Origin: Callorhinchus milii
Lineage: Eukaryota
Direction of reading: 5' to 3'
NCBI RefSeq assembly: GCF_018977255.1
Contig: NW_024704743.1
Span: 115,942,001 to 116,006,000 of the forward strand
Length of the DNA stretch: 64,000 nt
Part shown: positions 49,401 to 62,187 of the stretch, one piece after another
Position numbering within the stretch: the stretch's first letter is position 1
Layout: each line of letters opens with the position of its first letter
Translations under genes and position numbers: made by a program
Notes under the pieces: model-generated
What the model saw: only the letters and a program-made list of their open reading frames with translations
What the model was told of the DNA's origin: nothing
The model's database searches: none

Positions 49401-50601
49401 GGCAGAGCTATCAGCTAGAGTTTCTTCTGACAACTGAAGCAGATCTGCTTTAAATTTACAAACCAAAATGCGGCAGATATTACCATTAACCCAAACCTAA
49501 CCCACAATGAACTAAATCTAGACCACAAAAACATTGACAATGAGAACATGTCCCATTTGGTCTTTATAGTCCAAATTTGCCCACAAAACACAGTCACTAC
49601 ACTTTACAATATATCCTGTGAAGCACTTTGAGAAGTTTCTTAGATGTGATAAGGCGTTATATCAAATGCAAGTATTATTATAGTTTGGGGAGATTGAAAT
49701 GAACACTTTAGATACTTTTACTCATGCTTCATGTTCTTTGCCCCTCTGCCCCACCATAAGTGGGCGTCCCTTAAGCCACTTTGCCTCCAAGTGTCATGGG
49801 ATACACCTGAACAGGCAAACAGGACCTTGGATTAATGTCTCATCCAAACGATGGCACTTCCAACAATTCAATGCTCCTCTACTACTGTATTGGAGTGTCA
49901 GCCCAGGCTTATACGAGTTCAAAGTCCCGATGCGTGTTGAAGAATTACTTCCTTGTGTCTGGCCTGAAATTGGCCCTCGCATTCCTCAAACCGTGTCCTC
50001 TTGCACTTGTTCCCGTACACCTGTTCCCCTGTTCCCCTGTTGAAGGGATATAACTGTGAAAAAGAACAGTAGACATTTTAATGAGGTCATCTAGCCCACA
50101 ATGTGGGAAAACCAAACCAAACCTGTTGGTTTAAGATAGCAGGTCTTTGAATTATTCTTTGAGTTAGTGCACTTTGAGGTAACACAACTTCTCGGTCAAG
50201 TCTGTGGAACTCAATTTGAACTTGCTGAGTCCTCAATCTCTGTTTCATTAAACTGTCAGTAACATTCTTTCATCAAGCTCCAACAACAGTGAGAGGTCGT
50301 AGCAAATGAGAATCAAACCTAAAAAGATTGATTGCACTGGATTAGAGCAGCCCATTATTCTATACTATTGGGAGAGCACGAATGTCTTGAGGAGGATGGG
50401 GGATGGAGGAGAGAGAGATAGAAGGAAAAATTCCAGAAAAATGTCTAGAACTCTAATTATTTACTTCATAAAACTATTTTGTTTGGTACAGATTATAAGG
50501 CCTGAAATTTCAACTGGGGGTAAACTAATTCTGTTCAGCATTGTGCAGCGCCTTTGGTGACATGTAACGCTATCAGGAAATCCCATTAGCGGTTACTAAT
50601 C

Positions 50602-50869
50602 ATAATAATTCTTGCATTTGATATAGCGGTTTTCACGTTTTCTAGACGTCTCAAAGCGCTTCACAGAATATACTGTGAAGTGAATTAACTGAATATTTAT
50701 GGGCGAAACAGCAGAGTCCCACAAAAACAGTTGTGGATTGAAGTGACCAATTTTGTATTATTTTTTTGAGGGATTATTATCAAGCGTGTTGAGTAAGGAA
50801 ACTTGCCCAAGGTTTCGTCCTGCCAGGAACCGAGGTGAATGCTCTAACCACTGAGCTACAGGACTCCAT
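50602..50869 (-). mobile_element. tRNA-headed SINE, short subfamily with internal deletions
   Basis: GAGCTACAGGACTCC end and AATAATTCTTGCATTTGAT tail. Confidence 0.82.
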
Positions 50870-50922
50870 GGTTAAGATACTTAAAAACAATACATGGAGT
50901 GGAACACTTAGCCTTTGGTCTT

Positions 50923-51137
50923 GGCCTGTAAAACCATTAAATAGCTTAAAATTTAAGATGCTGCAGAATTGTGGAAAATTCTTCAATTAATTCTTAACAT
51001 TCCCTTGTTTTTTAAAAAAAACAGCTATGGAGAAGTGGCTTCCAAATTGACACTGAATTCAAGATCTTTCACAACTCAGCGTGATCTTAAATTTTTTTAG
51101 GACAAAAGAGTTTTAGATGAGGTGAAATTTCAGGCAT
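50923..51137. mobile_element. Palindromic MITE-like repeat
   Basis: GGCCTG...AAATTTAAGATGCTGCAGAATTGTGGAAAATT...TTTCACAACTCAGCGTGATCTTAAATTT...CAGGC. Confidence 0.6.
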
Positions 51138-54100
51138 CTACCTGCCTATTTTGAATGACTTCAGGGCCTTTGTCCTGATTTTCAAATCCCTCTCCTGTCT
51201 CATCCCTCCCTATCTATGCAATGTCAGGACAGACTTTTTCTGTTGGCCATACCCACCAATCTTTGCTCTCCATTCTTCGGTTTCTTACTTTCTCCCGACT
51301 TCTACCATCTCACTGTGCATTCGCCTACAAAATATACAGTCAGTTCACTTTACAGTCTATTCTATGAAGCGTTTTGAAATGTCTCAAAGACGTGATAAGG
51401 CACTATATCAAATGCAAGGATTATTATTATTTTATTATATGGGCAGTTGAGCTTTCAATCCACATGAACTCTCTTTCTAAATCTTGTCCTCTCGTTGCTT
51501 CTCTCCCTGGTTTTAAAACTCAAACATGGATCTCTTTGACTGTGTCTTTGATCAAAGTCTCCTGAAATCTCTCTTTTTTTTCCCTGCTTGATGCTCACCA
51601 TTATATCTGTCAAGCACTTTGAGAAGTTTATTCTATGTGAAAGGCAGTGTAAAAGTACAGGTTGTTTCCGGCTTGCTGGGCTACAGGGCAACTAAAAGAC
51701 TGAACTTCACATCGGTCAGTGAACACACAAAAGCTAGAAGCCAACTGAGGCCAGAAAGTTCCCTCGCTCATAACCTTAAGGACGCTGTGGGAAGAATCTT
51801 GTGGGGAAAAAAAATTCTGTCTTAATTTGGAAGCTGGTTTTCCACAGATCTTTTCAAAATGATCTCCTTAAGGCTGACACCAAAAGTAATTCTAAGCCTC
51901 AACTCAGCTGTACTGATTCTGTGATCAGTACACCAGTAGTTTTTACGATAAGAATGGTTTGACGGAAAGAAGGTGGAGGGGGTGGTGTGATGGTCGAAGA
52001 AAATCTCTAACTCAAATGTGTTCTCGGAGGTTTTGGATGTGAAGATGATAAAGTGTTGAGGGAATGACAGGGATGCTTGTACGAGCATGAAAATGCTGTT
52101 GTCACAAAAAAAATGTGGCATGAGCTTGATAAAGAATCAGATGCGCTCATCAGATCAGCTAAGAATAAGCTCCACTGACATGAATTGGGACTTTAGAAAA
52201 CCTTAATAGTGATTGTCAAGTCACAATAAAAGAATTGACAATAACCGAGGCTTCACAATGGCAGTAATAGCACTTGTCACAAAAATACAAGAATACAAAG
52301 AAACCTTCACAAAGTGACTCCGGCACTTCTGATAAAAAGGATCAGCGTGTTATCCTTGTCTTAACTAGTTTCTCCCATTTTGCTGTACTCAATCTTCTCC
52401 TGCCTTTTAATACATATCATACCCTACACTCTTCCACTGCTGTCCACAATTGACTGCTGCACTTTGCCCACAAAATATACAATAAATTCACTTTACAATA
52501 TATTCTGTGAAGCGCTTGGAGATGTTTCGAAGATGTGATAAGGAGCTATATCAAATGCAAGGATTAATATTATTACTCTTTGGACTATCCATAGCCAGCT
52601 CAAAAATGTGACTGTTGTCGCTCTCCACACCTAATGGCGAGATGAGATTCTGTTCTTTTGCAACAAAATCAGGTAATTTTGGTTGCATCAAAAAATATAA
52701 TTTTGAGTCAACCCCAGTAAATAAATTGAGAACTGGCCTACCTTGTCTACTGTGTCTTATCTGCTCAGTTACTGGCGGTCAAAAGAGAATTTTCACTGTA
52801 GATATTTCTGTACAATAGGAGGATGTTCAGCCATCGATCGGGCAATGTGGTGATTGTCACTGCTGATGAGTGTAGCATTTTTGATAACCACAGTCAAAAC
52901 GGTCGACACCTAAAGATTCCTCTGCTGATGTAACCACACCTGACCTTGTGACAATAGTTGGGTCACCAGGCCACCCATGTAAGCCATTGCCCCTTCGGCA
53001 ATGTGAATACCGGTTGGTGTAGCTTAACTCGACAAAACAAAAAGTTAAGTTTTTGTGAATTGGGGAAAAAAAAGTTAGTACACTTGATAATTGCATGCTG
53101 TGCATATATTTGTGGTGAGCTGAGGCCTTGTAGCTTTATTGGAGGTCACTGCTCAGTGGACATGTCACACATTTTGACCTTTCCCTTCCTTCGAGGGACC
53201 TCAAAGAACTGCAATTTCCTTCTGCATCCTTGACTCTCAGGGGCAGACACTTTTTAGTATGTCTTCATCCCTTGAGAGCAAGTATTGCAGCTCTTCCCTG
53301 CAGGACAAACCACCCTCGCATCCCATTCTCACTCAGGGGTGTTGAAAGCCTTCAATTCTCACCTCCAGCTGTTTTGCTTAGATCCGCATGCCTGTCTTGG
53401 CTTTCCTGGTAATGCTCAATTTCCTCTTTATTCTTTAAAAATGGGTTGTTTCTATCCAGTAACATAGCCTTCAGGGGAGCGCATTCCACTTTTCCACAAC
53501 CCTGTGTTAAAGGATATCTTCTGATCTCAGATTTCATTTTAAAACCATGCCCGCATACTGCCTGCTAGAATTTATTTGCATGTTTTTGCAATCTGCTATT
53601 TATTATAATAATAATAATAATAATAATCCTTGCATTGGATGTAGCGCCTTATGTCGTTAAGACATCTCAAAGTGTTTCACAGAATATATTGTAAAATGGA
53701 TTGACTGTATTTTGTGGGCAAAATACAAGCAGTCGGGGATTGAATTACTTTTTTTTAAACTTTTTAAAATCTACTGTGAACTTTCTGCTTTTGTGGCACA
53801 ATTTACCGGGATTTTGGTAGGGTGTGTGGGGATTGGGTGCATTCAACAGACAGACAGACGTTTCTATGAAGTTCTTTTGTGTTCCTCTCATTTTCATTTG
53901 TTGCCCCTCTGGGCTTTGCTGTTGTTCAGTATGCAAAAGAGTGAGCATTTCCTAATTGCAGTTAAACAAAGCATCCTGCGAGTGCAACCATCCAAAGAAA
54001 AATACAGTCGTACCGATGTGTGCGTAAAATGTAACAGAAACATTTGGCAGGTGGTATTAGAGCTCAGGGCCATGTAATAAAAGCTGTACCTTCACTTTTT

Positions 54101-55010
54101 ATTACTTGCGCTATTGATTTTTTGTTTACAAAAGTTGAACTTTGTGCTCTAAGTTCAGGAAGGTTAATAATAGACTGGAATCTAAATACTTCTAGATCAG
54201 CTATAACATGAGCCATGTGCAGAGTAAAGCTATAAGAGATGGTTTCCTTCAATGAATAGACTTCCAGGAAAGTGGTTGATACAGAGTCTGTACACATTTT
54301 TTAAAAAAACTAACTCGGGAGTATCTGTCTGGCAATAGTTTGGGAAGAAATAATTACAATTATATTAAAGATAATAATCCTTGTATTTGAAATGGCACCT
54401 TAACATAATGCTGAGCCATAGAATCATAGAATTATACAGCACAGAAGAAGGCCATATGGTCCATCGTGTCTGTGCTCCGTTCAATTTACTGGGATTTTGG
54501 TTGGGTGTGTGGGGGTTGGTGTGGGGCGGTGTGTGGATGGGTGGATGGGACAGACCGACAGATGGAAGTTTCAAAGCACATCACATGATTTTACTGTGAA
54601 GTGTAGTAACTGAATTTTGTGGCAGCCAACTTACACACAGCAAAGTCCCACAAACAGGCCTGAAGTGAATGACCAGTTTTATCTGGGGGATTGTTGGCCA
54701 GGACACTGGGAGAAACTCCCTTCTCTTTTTTCAAATAGTGTCATGGGACCTTTAAGGTCCTACTGTGCAGGCAGACAGGATCTTGGTTTAACATCTCATA
54801 CAAAGGATGGCATCTCTCGCAATGGAGCACTCCCCCATCACTGCATTGGAGTGCTAGCTAGATTGTGAATTTGAACCGAGAGAGCAGAGATTTCAGGCGC
54901 CTTGGAAGATAATTTGGCTTTACTTATACAGTATATTGTAGCTTACAGAGTGGTAAGTCAGAGTGGAATCCTGTTTGAAAATGCAGTGCTTACAACAAAT
55001 GGGACATTTT

Positions 55011-55337
55011 GGAGTCCTGTAGCTCAGTGGTTAGAGCACTCGCTTTGCAAGCGAGAGACCTGAGTTCAATTCCAGGCAGGGCGAAACCTTGGGCAAGTTT
55101 CCTTACTCCACACGCCTAATAATAATCCCTCCAAAACCAAAAACAATAATAAATTGGTCATTTTCAATCTACGACTGTTTGTGGGACACCGCTGTGCGCA
55201 ATTGGCTGCCGCGTTCGCCCACAAATATACAGTCAATTCACTTTACAGTGTGTTCTGTGAAGCGCTTTGGGACGTCCTCCTGACGTGAAAAGCGCTATAC
55301 CAAATGCAAGGATTATTATTATTATTATTATTATTAT
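55011..55337 (+). mobile_element. Young tRNA-Ala-headed SINE, short subfamily
   Basis: A box TAGCTCAGTGG, anticodon-like arm CTCGC-TTTGCAA-GCGAG, B box GAGTTCAATTCC, CORE-like ACCTTGGGCAAGTT, L2-like tail plus (ATT)n. Confidence 0.92.
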
Positions 55338-55610
55338 AAATGCTGGGAAAGCAATACTGGGACGTCCTCCCGACTTGAAAGGTGCTCTATAATTGCAATC
55401 ATGCTGTTGTTGTTGTTGTACTGTAGTAACCCACACAATAGATTACCCTGAGCCCAATGTAGAGCTAAAATGTAGAAATTAAAATAGTCATTATGGCAGG
55501 ACTAAGACACTGAGTTTAGCCAACTGCTTACCCGGAGAAGGGTACTATCTGATGGGATTTCCTAAAACGTTCCGTTAAAAAGAAAGTAAATATTTGACAT
55601 GGCACCTTTT

Positions 55611-55924
55611 ATAATAATAATCCTTGCATTTGATATAGCGCTTTTCACGTCGGGAGGACGTCCCAAAGCGCTTCACAGAACACACTGTAAAGTGAATTGA
55701 CTGTATATTTGTGGACGAACGCGGCAGCCAATTGCGCACAGCAATGTCCCACAAACAGTCGTAGATTAAAAATGACCAATTTATTATTATTTTTGTTTTT
55801 TTGGAGGGATTATTACTAAGCGTGTGGAGTAAGGAAACTTGCCCAAGGTTTCGCCCTGCCTGGAAATGAACTCGGGTCTCTCGCTTGCAAAGTGAGTGCT
55901 CTAACCACTGAGCTACAGGACTCC
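55611..55924 (-). mobile_element. Young tRNA-Ala-headed SINE, short subfamily
   Basis: Near-identical reverse complement of 55011-55337. Confidence 0.92.
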
Positions 55925-58063
55925 ACTGTCAGGAGGAATTCTCAAAGCACTTCACAGAATTTTCTGTAGTAGTGTAGTGACCGCGTATTTGTAGGTGAAC
56001 ATGTCTTTAGGAAGTTCCACTGTTCTTTGCCCTACTTCACTCATTTCTGTGCGTGTTTACACAATTTCTCATCTGAAATGATCTCATTAGAAATCTTCTC
56101 TAGCTCTCACCAGGGTCACTTATTCAGAATCTCATTTTCAGGCAACTTGCGACAACCCAGCATGAAGCAAAGAAAGGCAAGATTTTAGAGAATTGTGACT
56201 GTGGCTTTATCTCTCTCTCCTCTCCCTCTTCATGTAATGAATCGCCTGTAAGGAACCGTAGTGTGTATGCACGCGATTTAAAGAAACAAAATGATGCAAC
56301 TTCCTATGTCAATGCCTTACTTTAGCTAACGCAGCATTGTCTGCGTTGCATCTTTGCAAACTCTGTGGCAGCAGTGTATGATTTTGAAAAAGAGATGGTG
56401 ACAATCGTTATGCATTACCGGATCATTGTTAAATATAGTCTCTGCAATTTTTGGGGGGTTCTCGTGGTCTTGGCAGCACTCTGACTAATGGGGTTGGTGT
56501 GCTGCAGTGGACTTAAACCAGGGATTTTAAACTAAATAATTGTCCATTGTCTGAGGCATTAGGATCTGCCACATCAGGAAGCTGATGGATAAATGAAACG
56601 CTACCACTGCTAATTACTGATACAGGAGTGTTCAGGGTAGCACGGCATCTGATGCGAAGACACGACGACTGTTCTAGTGGTTGCACTGAGGTGTGTGTTA
56701 ATCCATCATGTCTGTCACCAGCTGGTAACATCTGCCTGTTCTGATAGCTCTCTGGACTTGCACCGTGTCGCCTTCACAATGGATAAAATCTAATAACAGG
56801 CTGCCTGTTAATCGCTTGCATGTATTGTGTTTGATGAAAATTATACAGGACCATGCCTTGTAATATTAGCTGTGGAGTGTGGGAGGTGTTGGGGATGTGG
56901 GGTGATGTGGGAGAGAGGACGGAAACGTATATTTTGAGAATTTTATTCAGTTTGGCCTCTGGTTGAATATTAAAAATGGAGAACCCTAAGGTCTGAAAAT
57001 TTAACGTCTTCTTAGCTGTAATTTTCTGCAGTTATTTTTAAAGCAGTGATTTGGCCCTTTCAGGTGGATGTTAAAGAGCCTACAGCTCTATTTAAACATA
57101 GAAGGTAGTTTCTCAGAGTGTCCTCGCCAACAATACCCAGGTAAAAATTGGTTATTGACTCTGTGGCAGTTTGCGGGACATTGCTGTGTGCAAATTGGCT
57201 GCTGCGTTGACCTGTAAATGCAGAAATTTTGGGACATTATAGATGCTATATCAAATGCAAGGATGATTATCATCAGTCATATCCCCTCTCAATCTGCTTG
57301 CTTGCAATATACAGTTACCACACTTTGCAATAAATCCTGTGACGTGCTTTCAGATGTCTTCCGGATATGAAAATTGCTATATCAAAGTAAGGATTATTAT
57401 TATTAGGTAATATAGTTGCACTGGAAAAGGAGTCAAACCCTTCATCCTGTTTCTGCAATTTAGATTGTACGTCATGCTTGCTGCACTGACAAGCAAGTCA
57501 GAGTCCGGCACTAATGCACCACAAACAACTGTGTTAGAGGCTGTTTGGCTGGTGACTGGTAGCCTTTCCTGATCTTGTCAACAAATTTCCTGATCGACTT
57601 GACAAATTTTGAATCTTGATAATGGATGGCTGGGACCAGTTTCCTGTCTTGTGAATCACATCAGCAAACAAGTCACAGGGGACAGATTTTCATGTGAATA
57701 GCTGCAACGTTCGTGCCAGAGCATAAAAGATTGTAAAGACTCAATTTATGGAGCTAGTTTTCGTTGTCTTTTCTCAGTGCTAGATTTGATTGTGCGTGCG
57801 TGTAAGGAGGGGTGGTCTTTTCATTTATGTAATGTGGTCACATGTATTATTACCCCCACCCACTATCAAACTGGCAAACTAATCACCAGATTAGAATCAA
57901 ATTTAATAATGTGTCATCCTTTCGGCTGACGCCAGCTCTCCTTTCTGCAATATAGGAAGTGATTATATAATCACAACTCACAAACAAGTTCATGTCATGA
58001 CTTTCTTCCACTGTGAGGAGTGTTTGTTTTACTGCCTGACGCACACAGGTCCAATCCAAGATC

Positions 58064-58252
58064 AAAACCAAAACAATAATAAATTGGTCATTTTCAATCC
58101 ACGACTGTTTGTGGGACATTGCTGTGGGCAATTGGCTGCCGCGTTCGCCCACAAATATACAGTCAATTCACTTTACAGTATATTCTGTGAAGCGCTTTGG
58201 GACGTCTAGAAGACATGAAAAGCGCTATATCAAATGCAAGGATTATTATTAT
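58064..58252 (+). mobile_element. 5'-truncated young SINE (3' half)
   Basis: Near-identical to the 3' half of the 11197 copy. Confidence 0.85.
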
Positions 58253-58896
58253 AAATGTACCATTGTTCTTCATGCGGCAAAGGAAGAAAACAAAGGTAGC
58301 CGTTTTGACTGGTGATCACATCAGCATCGTGGATGATTCAATTTGCAGAGCTCAAGAGTAGAGATTGGGTGACATGGTGGGTTAGTGTACCAGTCTTTCA
58401 TTATTGGAGCCTACAACCAGCATAAAATCATGGGGCTGGATATCTATTTTGTCTCATGGCCCTAAGACCCTCTGTTGAAATAAACTTGTTGCAGACAGTT
58501 TTGTGGCTCCTTAGCACAAAGCGATTTGGAGCTTGTCAATCAAGAGGCAATCTCTCTTCCGATATCTCAACAATTTTACTGCTCAGGTCCTTATCCAGTT
58601 CCATTGATTCAATTTGTAATGAATTCTAATCTGTAAAAACCCTCTTGAGTAAAGAAATTTCTCCTAATCATCCCCTAGTTTTTCTGATAACAATCCTGAG
58701 ACTATGGCTTTGTCACCAACTATACAGTTTTGCCCACAAATATACAGTCAATTCACTTTATAGTGTATTCTGTGAAGCACTTTGAGATGTCTAGAAAATG
58801 TGATAAGGCGCTATATCAAATGCAAGGATTATTATAATTAAGGGAAATTTCTAAATGACCTCCTTCAGTATCTTAAACAGCTCCATAATTTTGTTG

Positions 58897-59320
58897 TCAG
58901 CCTGGCTCAGTTGGTAGTAGTCTTGCCTGTGGGTCAAAAGGTTGTGTGTGTATAAGCCTCATGCCAGGACATTGTGCTTACAGTCGAGGCTGACACTCCA
59001 TTGCAACGTTGATGGAACACTGCAATGACAGAGGTGCTATCCTTTGGATGAGAGATTAATCCGAGGTCCCATCAACCTGTTCAGGTGTATGAACAGGCAG
59101 ATGGGACCTCAGATTAATGTCTCGTTAAAAATCTCATAAAACTAATTGAAAAGAGAAGGGAGTTTGTTTCTCCAGGTGGCCTGGCCAACAGTCCCCCAGA
59201 TAAAAAATGCCATTCACTTCATGGCTGCTTGTGAGACGGCTGCTCTCGATTTGTCTGTTGTGTTCACCTGAAAACACACAGCCATTGCATTTTACAGAAA
59301 CCTTGAGACATTATAGGTTC
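58897..59320 (+). mobile_element. DeuSINE with an internal fold-back duplication
   Basis: GTCAGCCTGGCTCAGTTGGTAG head; Deu domain carrying a palindrome at 59055-59118. Confidence 0.75.
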
Positions 59321-60104
59321 CATACTATTGTCGTATCGTCTCTCAATATCCTCTCCTCCATCTTGGTTTGATTGTGTTCAACCAATTCAAAGCAGTCTCA
59401 GGATTTGACCTTTATTTGGCTGTTGGTAGCTTAATACAATGGATCCCTCAGGAAAGCAATCTGAAACACTTTCTTGTTTGGCAGTATCACAATCAGTGTA
59501 ACGGTTTAGTAGGCATCTCATACTCTCAAAGACTGCTGTCTTGCAAAGATTAGGCAAAGCTGCAGCCCAGCCTGGTTCAAGATTTTCCTTTTTTGCCTTG
59601 TATCTTCCCTTTGACATGTGCTCCTGATCTTTTACAAACAGCCGGGATGAGGAGTGATCCTCTTAAAAGCAGCATTGACACTGCACAATAATTCAGACTC
59701 TGACTGTAATTTCTGACCCCTAATCCTACTTCCCTTTGATACCTAATCCGACTGGTTTTAACCCAATAAATGCTGGTTGAACATGGGGCGAATGAACGAA
59801 GATTGAAGCCCCTTACCCCAGTGATGTACTGTAGTGCCTCACCACAATGAAACATCTCAATGCCCTTCACAATTTTTACCCTCGAGTGAGGCTACTACTT
59901 TTGTAGCTGAACATGGCAGCCATTTGTGCCAGCAAGTCTCGTCAGAAAGGTTCTGCAAACACCCATGAGGTGAATGACCAATTAATCTAAAGGGTCCTGA
60001 GAGCAACTCCCTGCTCTTCTAACAAAGTGTCATGGGCTCTTCAACAATCCACCTGTGCAGGCAGAGATTTATTGTTTCATTTGGAGGACAGCACTGCTGA
60101 CAAC

Positions 60105-60620
60105 ACACAGAAAAATAGAAATTTATGGGGCAGAAGAAGGCTATTTGGCTCATCGTGTCTGTGCAGGCTCCTTTCAGTCCCATTTTCCTGCTCTTTCCCC
60201 ATACCCTTGCAGCTGACTCCTTTTTAAAGTACAGTAAAACTCACATAAGTCTTAAATTAATAAATCATTTCCAGCTAATCCACGCAATTCCATTGCTTGC
60301 CAGTATGCACAATATGGTAACAGGTCAAGACATATTGAATCGCAGGAAACATAGCCTTGACCTATCACTGCATGCCCACTTACCGGCTGCATTGAATTAT
60401 AAATGTGCAGTAAAGATCATTGATTAAATCAGATTTTATACGACTTGTACGAGTTTGCCTGCAACTCAGACTTTGCGTAAGTCATGTTAAATGTTGTGGT
60501 CCCGACTGATATGACTTGTGTGAATTTTACTGTTTTTATCTAGTTCACGTTTTGAAAGCCAATACGGCTTCTGCCTTAACCATCACTCCTGCCAGTGCTC
60601 CTCCCTCCCACCTGTTCTAC
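60105..60620 (-). mobile_element. CR1 3' fragment interrupted by a MITE
   Basis: AGAAGGCTATTTGGCTCATCGTGTCTGTGC...; homology resumes after 60533. Confidence 0.55.
60232..60532. mobile_element. Non-autonomous Tc1/mariner (Tigger/pogo-like) MITE, 301 bp
   Basis: TIRs CAGTAAAACTCACATAAGTC (60232-60251) and GACTTGTGTGAATTTTACTG (60513-60532) match at 18/20; TA precedes the left TIR; inserted into CR1. Confidence 0.78.
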
Positions 60621-60779
60621 ACAAGAGTGTTAGCCTCTACACTGAGCTCATGTCATGGCTGGGACTTCTCTGTTGCCTTAGTATAGAGGGATACCATAAT
60701 TATGTGTAAAAATACTATGACCATTTCACTTTAAATATGCCCTCCCCCTATGCTTTCGAACAGGGGGGTGGGGAGGTGT

Positions 60780-61012
60780 AAAAATTGCTAATTAGAAGGA
60801 ATGGTTTTACACAGAGCTGTTGGAGTGTTAAATGCCTATTTCAGGTGGCTGCTGGAGCCAAGTTCATTACCACAGGGAATTAGATAAAGACTTGAGCATA
60901 AATATGCAGGGGAATGAGATTAGAGTTGGCAGCTCAATTGGGGGAAGCGAGCACCAGCCCTGACACAATAGGCCACATGGCCCCTTTCTGTGCTGTAAAC
61001 TTTACATGGTTC
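60780..61012 (+). mobile_element. CR1 3' end
   Basis: TTTTACACAGAG...GGCCACATGGCCCCTTTCTGTGCTGTAAAC. Confidence 0.6.
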
Positions 61013-61870
61013 CCTGATTATATTCCAGTGTCATCTCATCACAATATTAAAGGATGTTACAAGTTTTCCCCCAGATGATATTGGCTGTTTGTGAAATATT
61101 GCTATGTGCAAATTGGCTGCTGCATTTGCCTACAAAATACACTGTCGCCACACTTTGCAGTAAATCCGGTTGAAGCACTTTGAGACGTCCTCCTGACATG
61201 AAAGGCGCATACCAAATGCAAGAATTATTAGATGACTGGGTAGCCTCTTTGGGTGCTGGAGTGTTTGTAGCAGCTTTACTGTTTCTTTTGCAACACACCG
61301 GAAATGCCACACATGTCACTGTAGACAGAGGTTTAAATTCAGAGCAGCGAAGGATATAGCTCACGGGATTATGCACAGGATTTCCATAAAATAAAAGCAG
61401 CTGTAGCAGGAAGAAAAGACATGGCTTCGCTATAGCTGCCTGGTGATCTGTGAACTGCAATCTGCTATTCAAGTCAGATGCAAGAACCCAATTCAGCAGC
61501 AAAATTAAGTATTTTTAAAAAAAATGTGATCGTACACAATTTACATTATTAAATAAATTGGAGGAAAACCCTTCTAATTTGACTAAAATTAAGTCTAAAC
61601 TATGGAGAAAAGCTGGGCATTAAGCATCTTTCATCCTTTTAATTTCTGTAAGAAAGGATTACCTGATCCGTTCAGTATGCGCAAGAGCAATGATGATAAC
61701 TAACAATCTTTGCATTTGATACAGAGCCTATATCACCAAAACTTTTCAATATCCTTCACAGGTAAGAGATGACAAATGTGTTGCAAAATGTGAAAGTGGT
61801 CAGTTTTAGAGCAGCAATGTTCCACATACAGCCATGAGGTGAATGAACAATTTTATTTGGAGGATTGTAT

Positions 61871-62187
61871 GGAGTCCTGTAGCTCAGTGGTTAGAGCACT
61901 CGCTTTGCAAGTGAGAGACCCGAGTTCAATTCCAGGCAGAGGGCGAAACCTTGGGCAAGTTTCCTTACTCCACACGCCTAATAATAATCCCTCCAAAAAA
62001 CAAAAAGCAATAATAAATTGGTCATTTTCAATCCATGACTGTTTGTGGGACACTGCTGTGCGCAATTGGCTGCCGCGTTCGCTCACAAATATACAGTCAA
62101 TTCACTTTACAGTATATTCTGTGAAGTGCTTTGGGACGTCTAGAAGACGTGAAAAGTGCTATATCAAATGCAAGGATTATTATTATT
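61871..62187 (+). mobile_element. Young tRNA-Ala-headed SINE nested in a DeuSINE
   Basis: Near-identical to the 55011 copy; the flanks rejoin as DeuSINE GGATTGT|TGGCCAGG. Confidence 0.92.

Noticed and set aside
52855..52912. Hammerhead ribozyme (CTGATGA...AAAACGGTC)
   Set aside because: No GAAA core, and stems I and II do not pair adjacent to the core; the CTGATGA at 28033 likewise lacks GAAA
55013..55085. tRNA-Ala(TGC) gene
   Set aside because: The cloverleaf-like head is fused to SINE body and tail in many copies, the T-stem is imperfect and there is no adjacent poly-T terminator
60841..60880. PTPR exon 2 (ttcag|GTGGCTGC = G-G-C)
   Set aside because: Continues WSQVHY rather than a MAM-domain xFDEP sequence, and lies within a CR1 fragment
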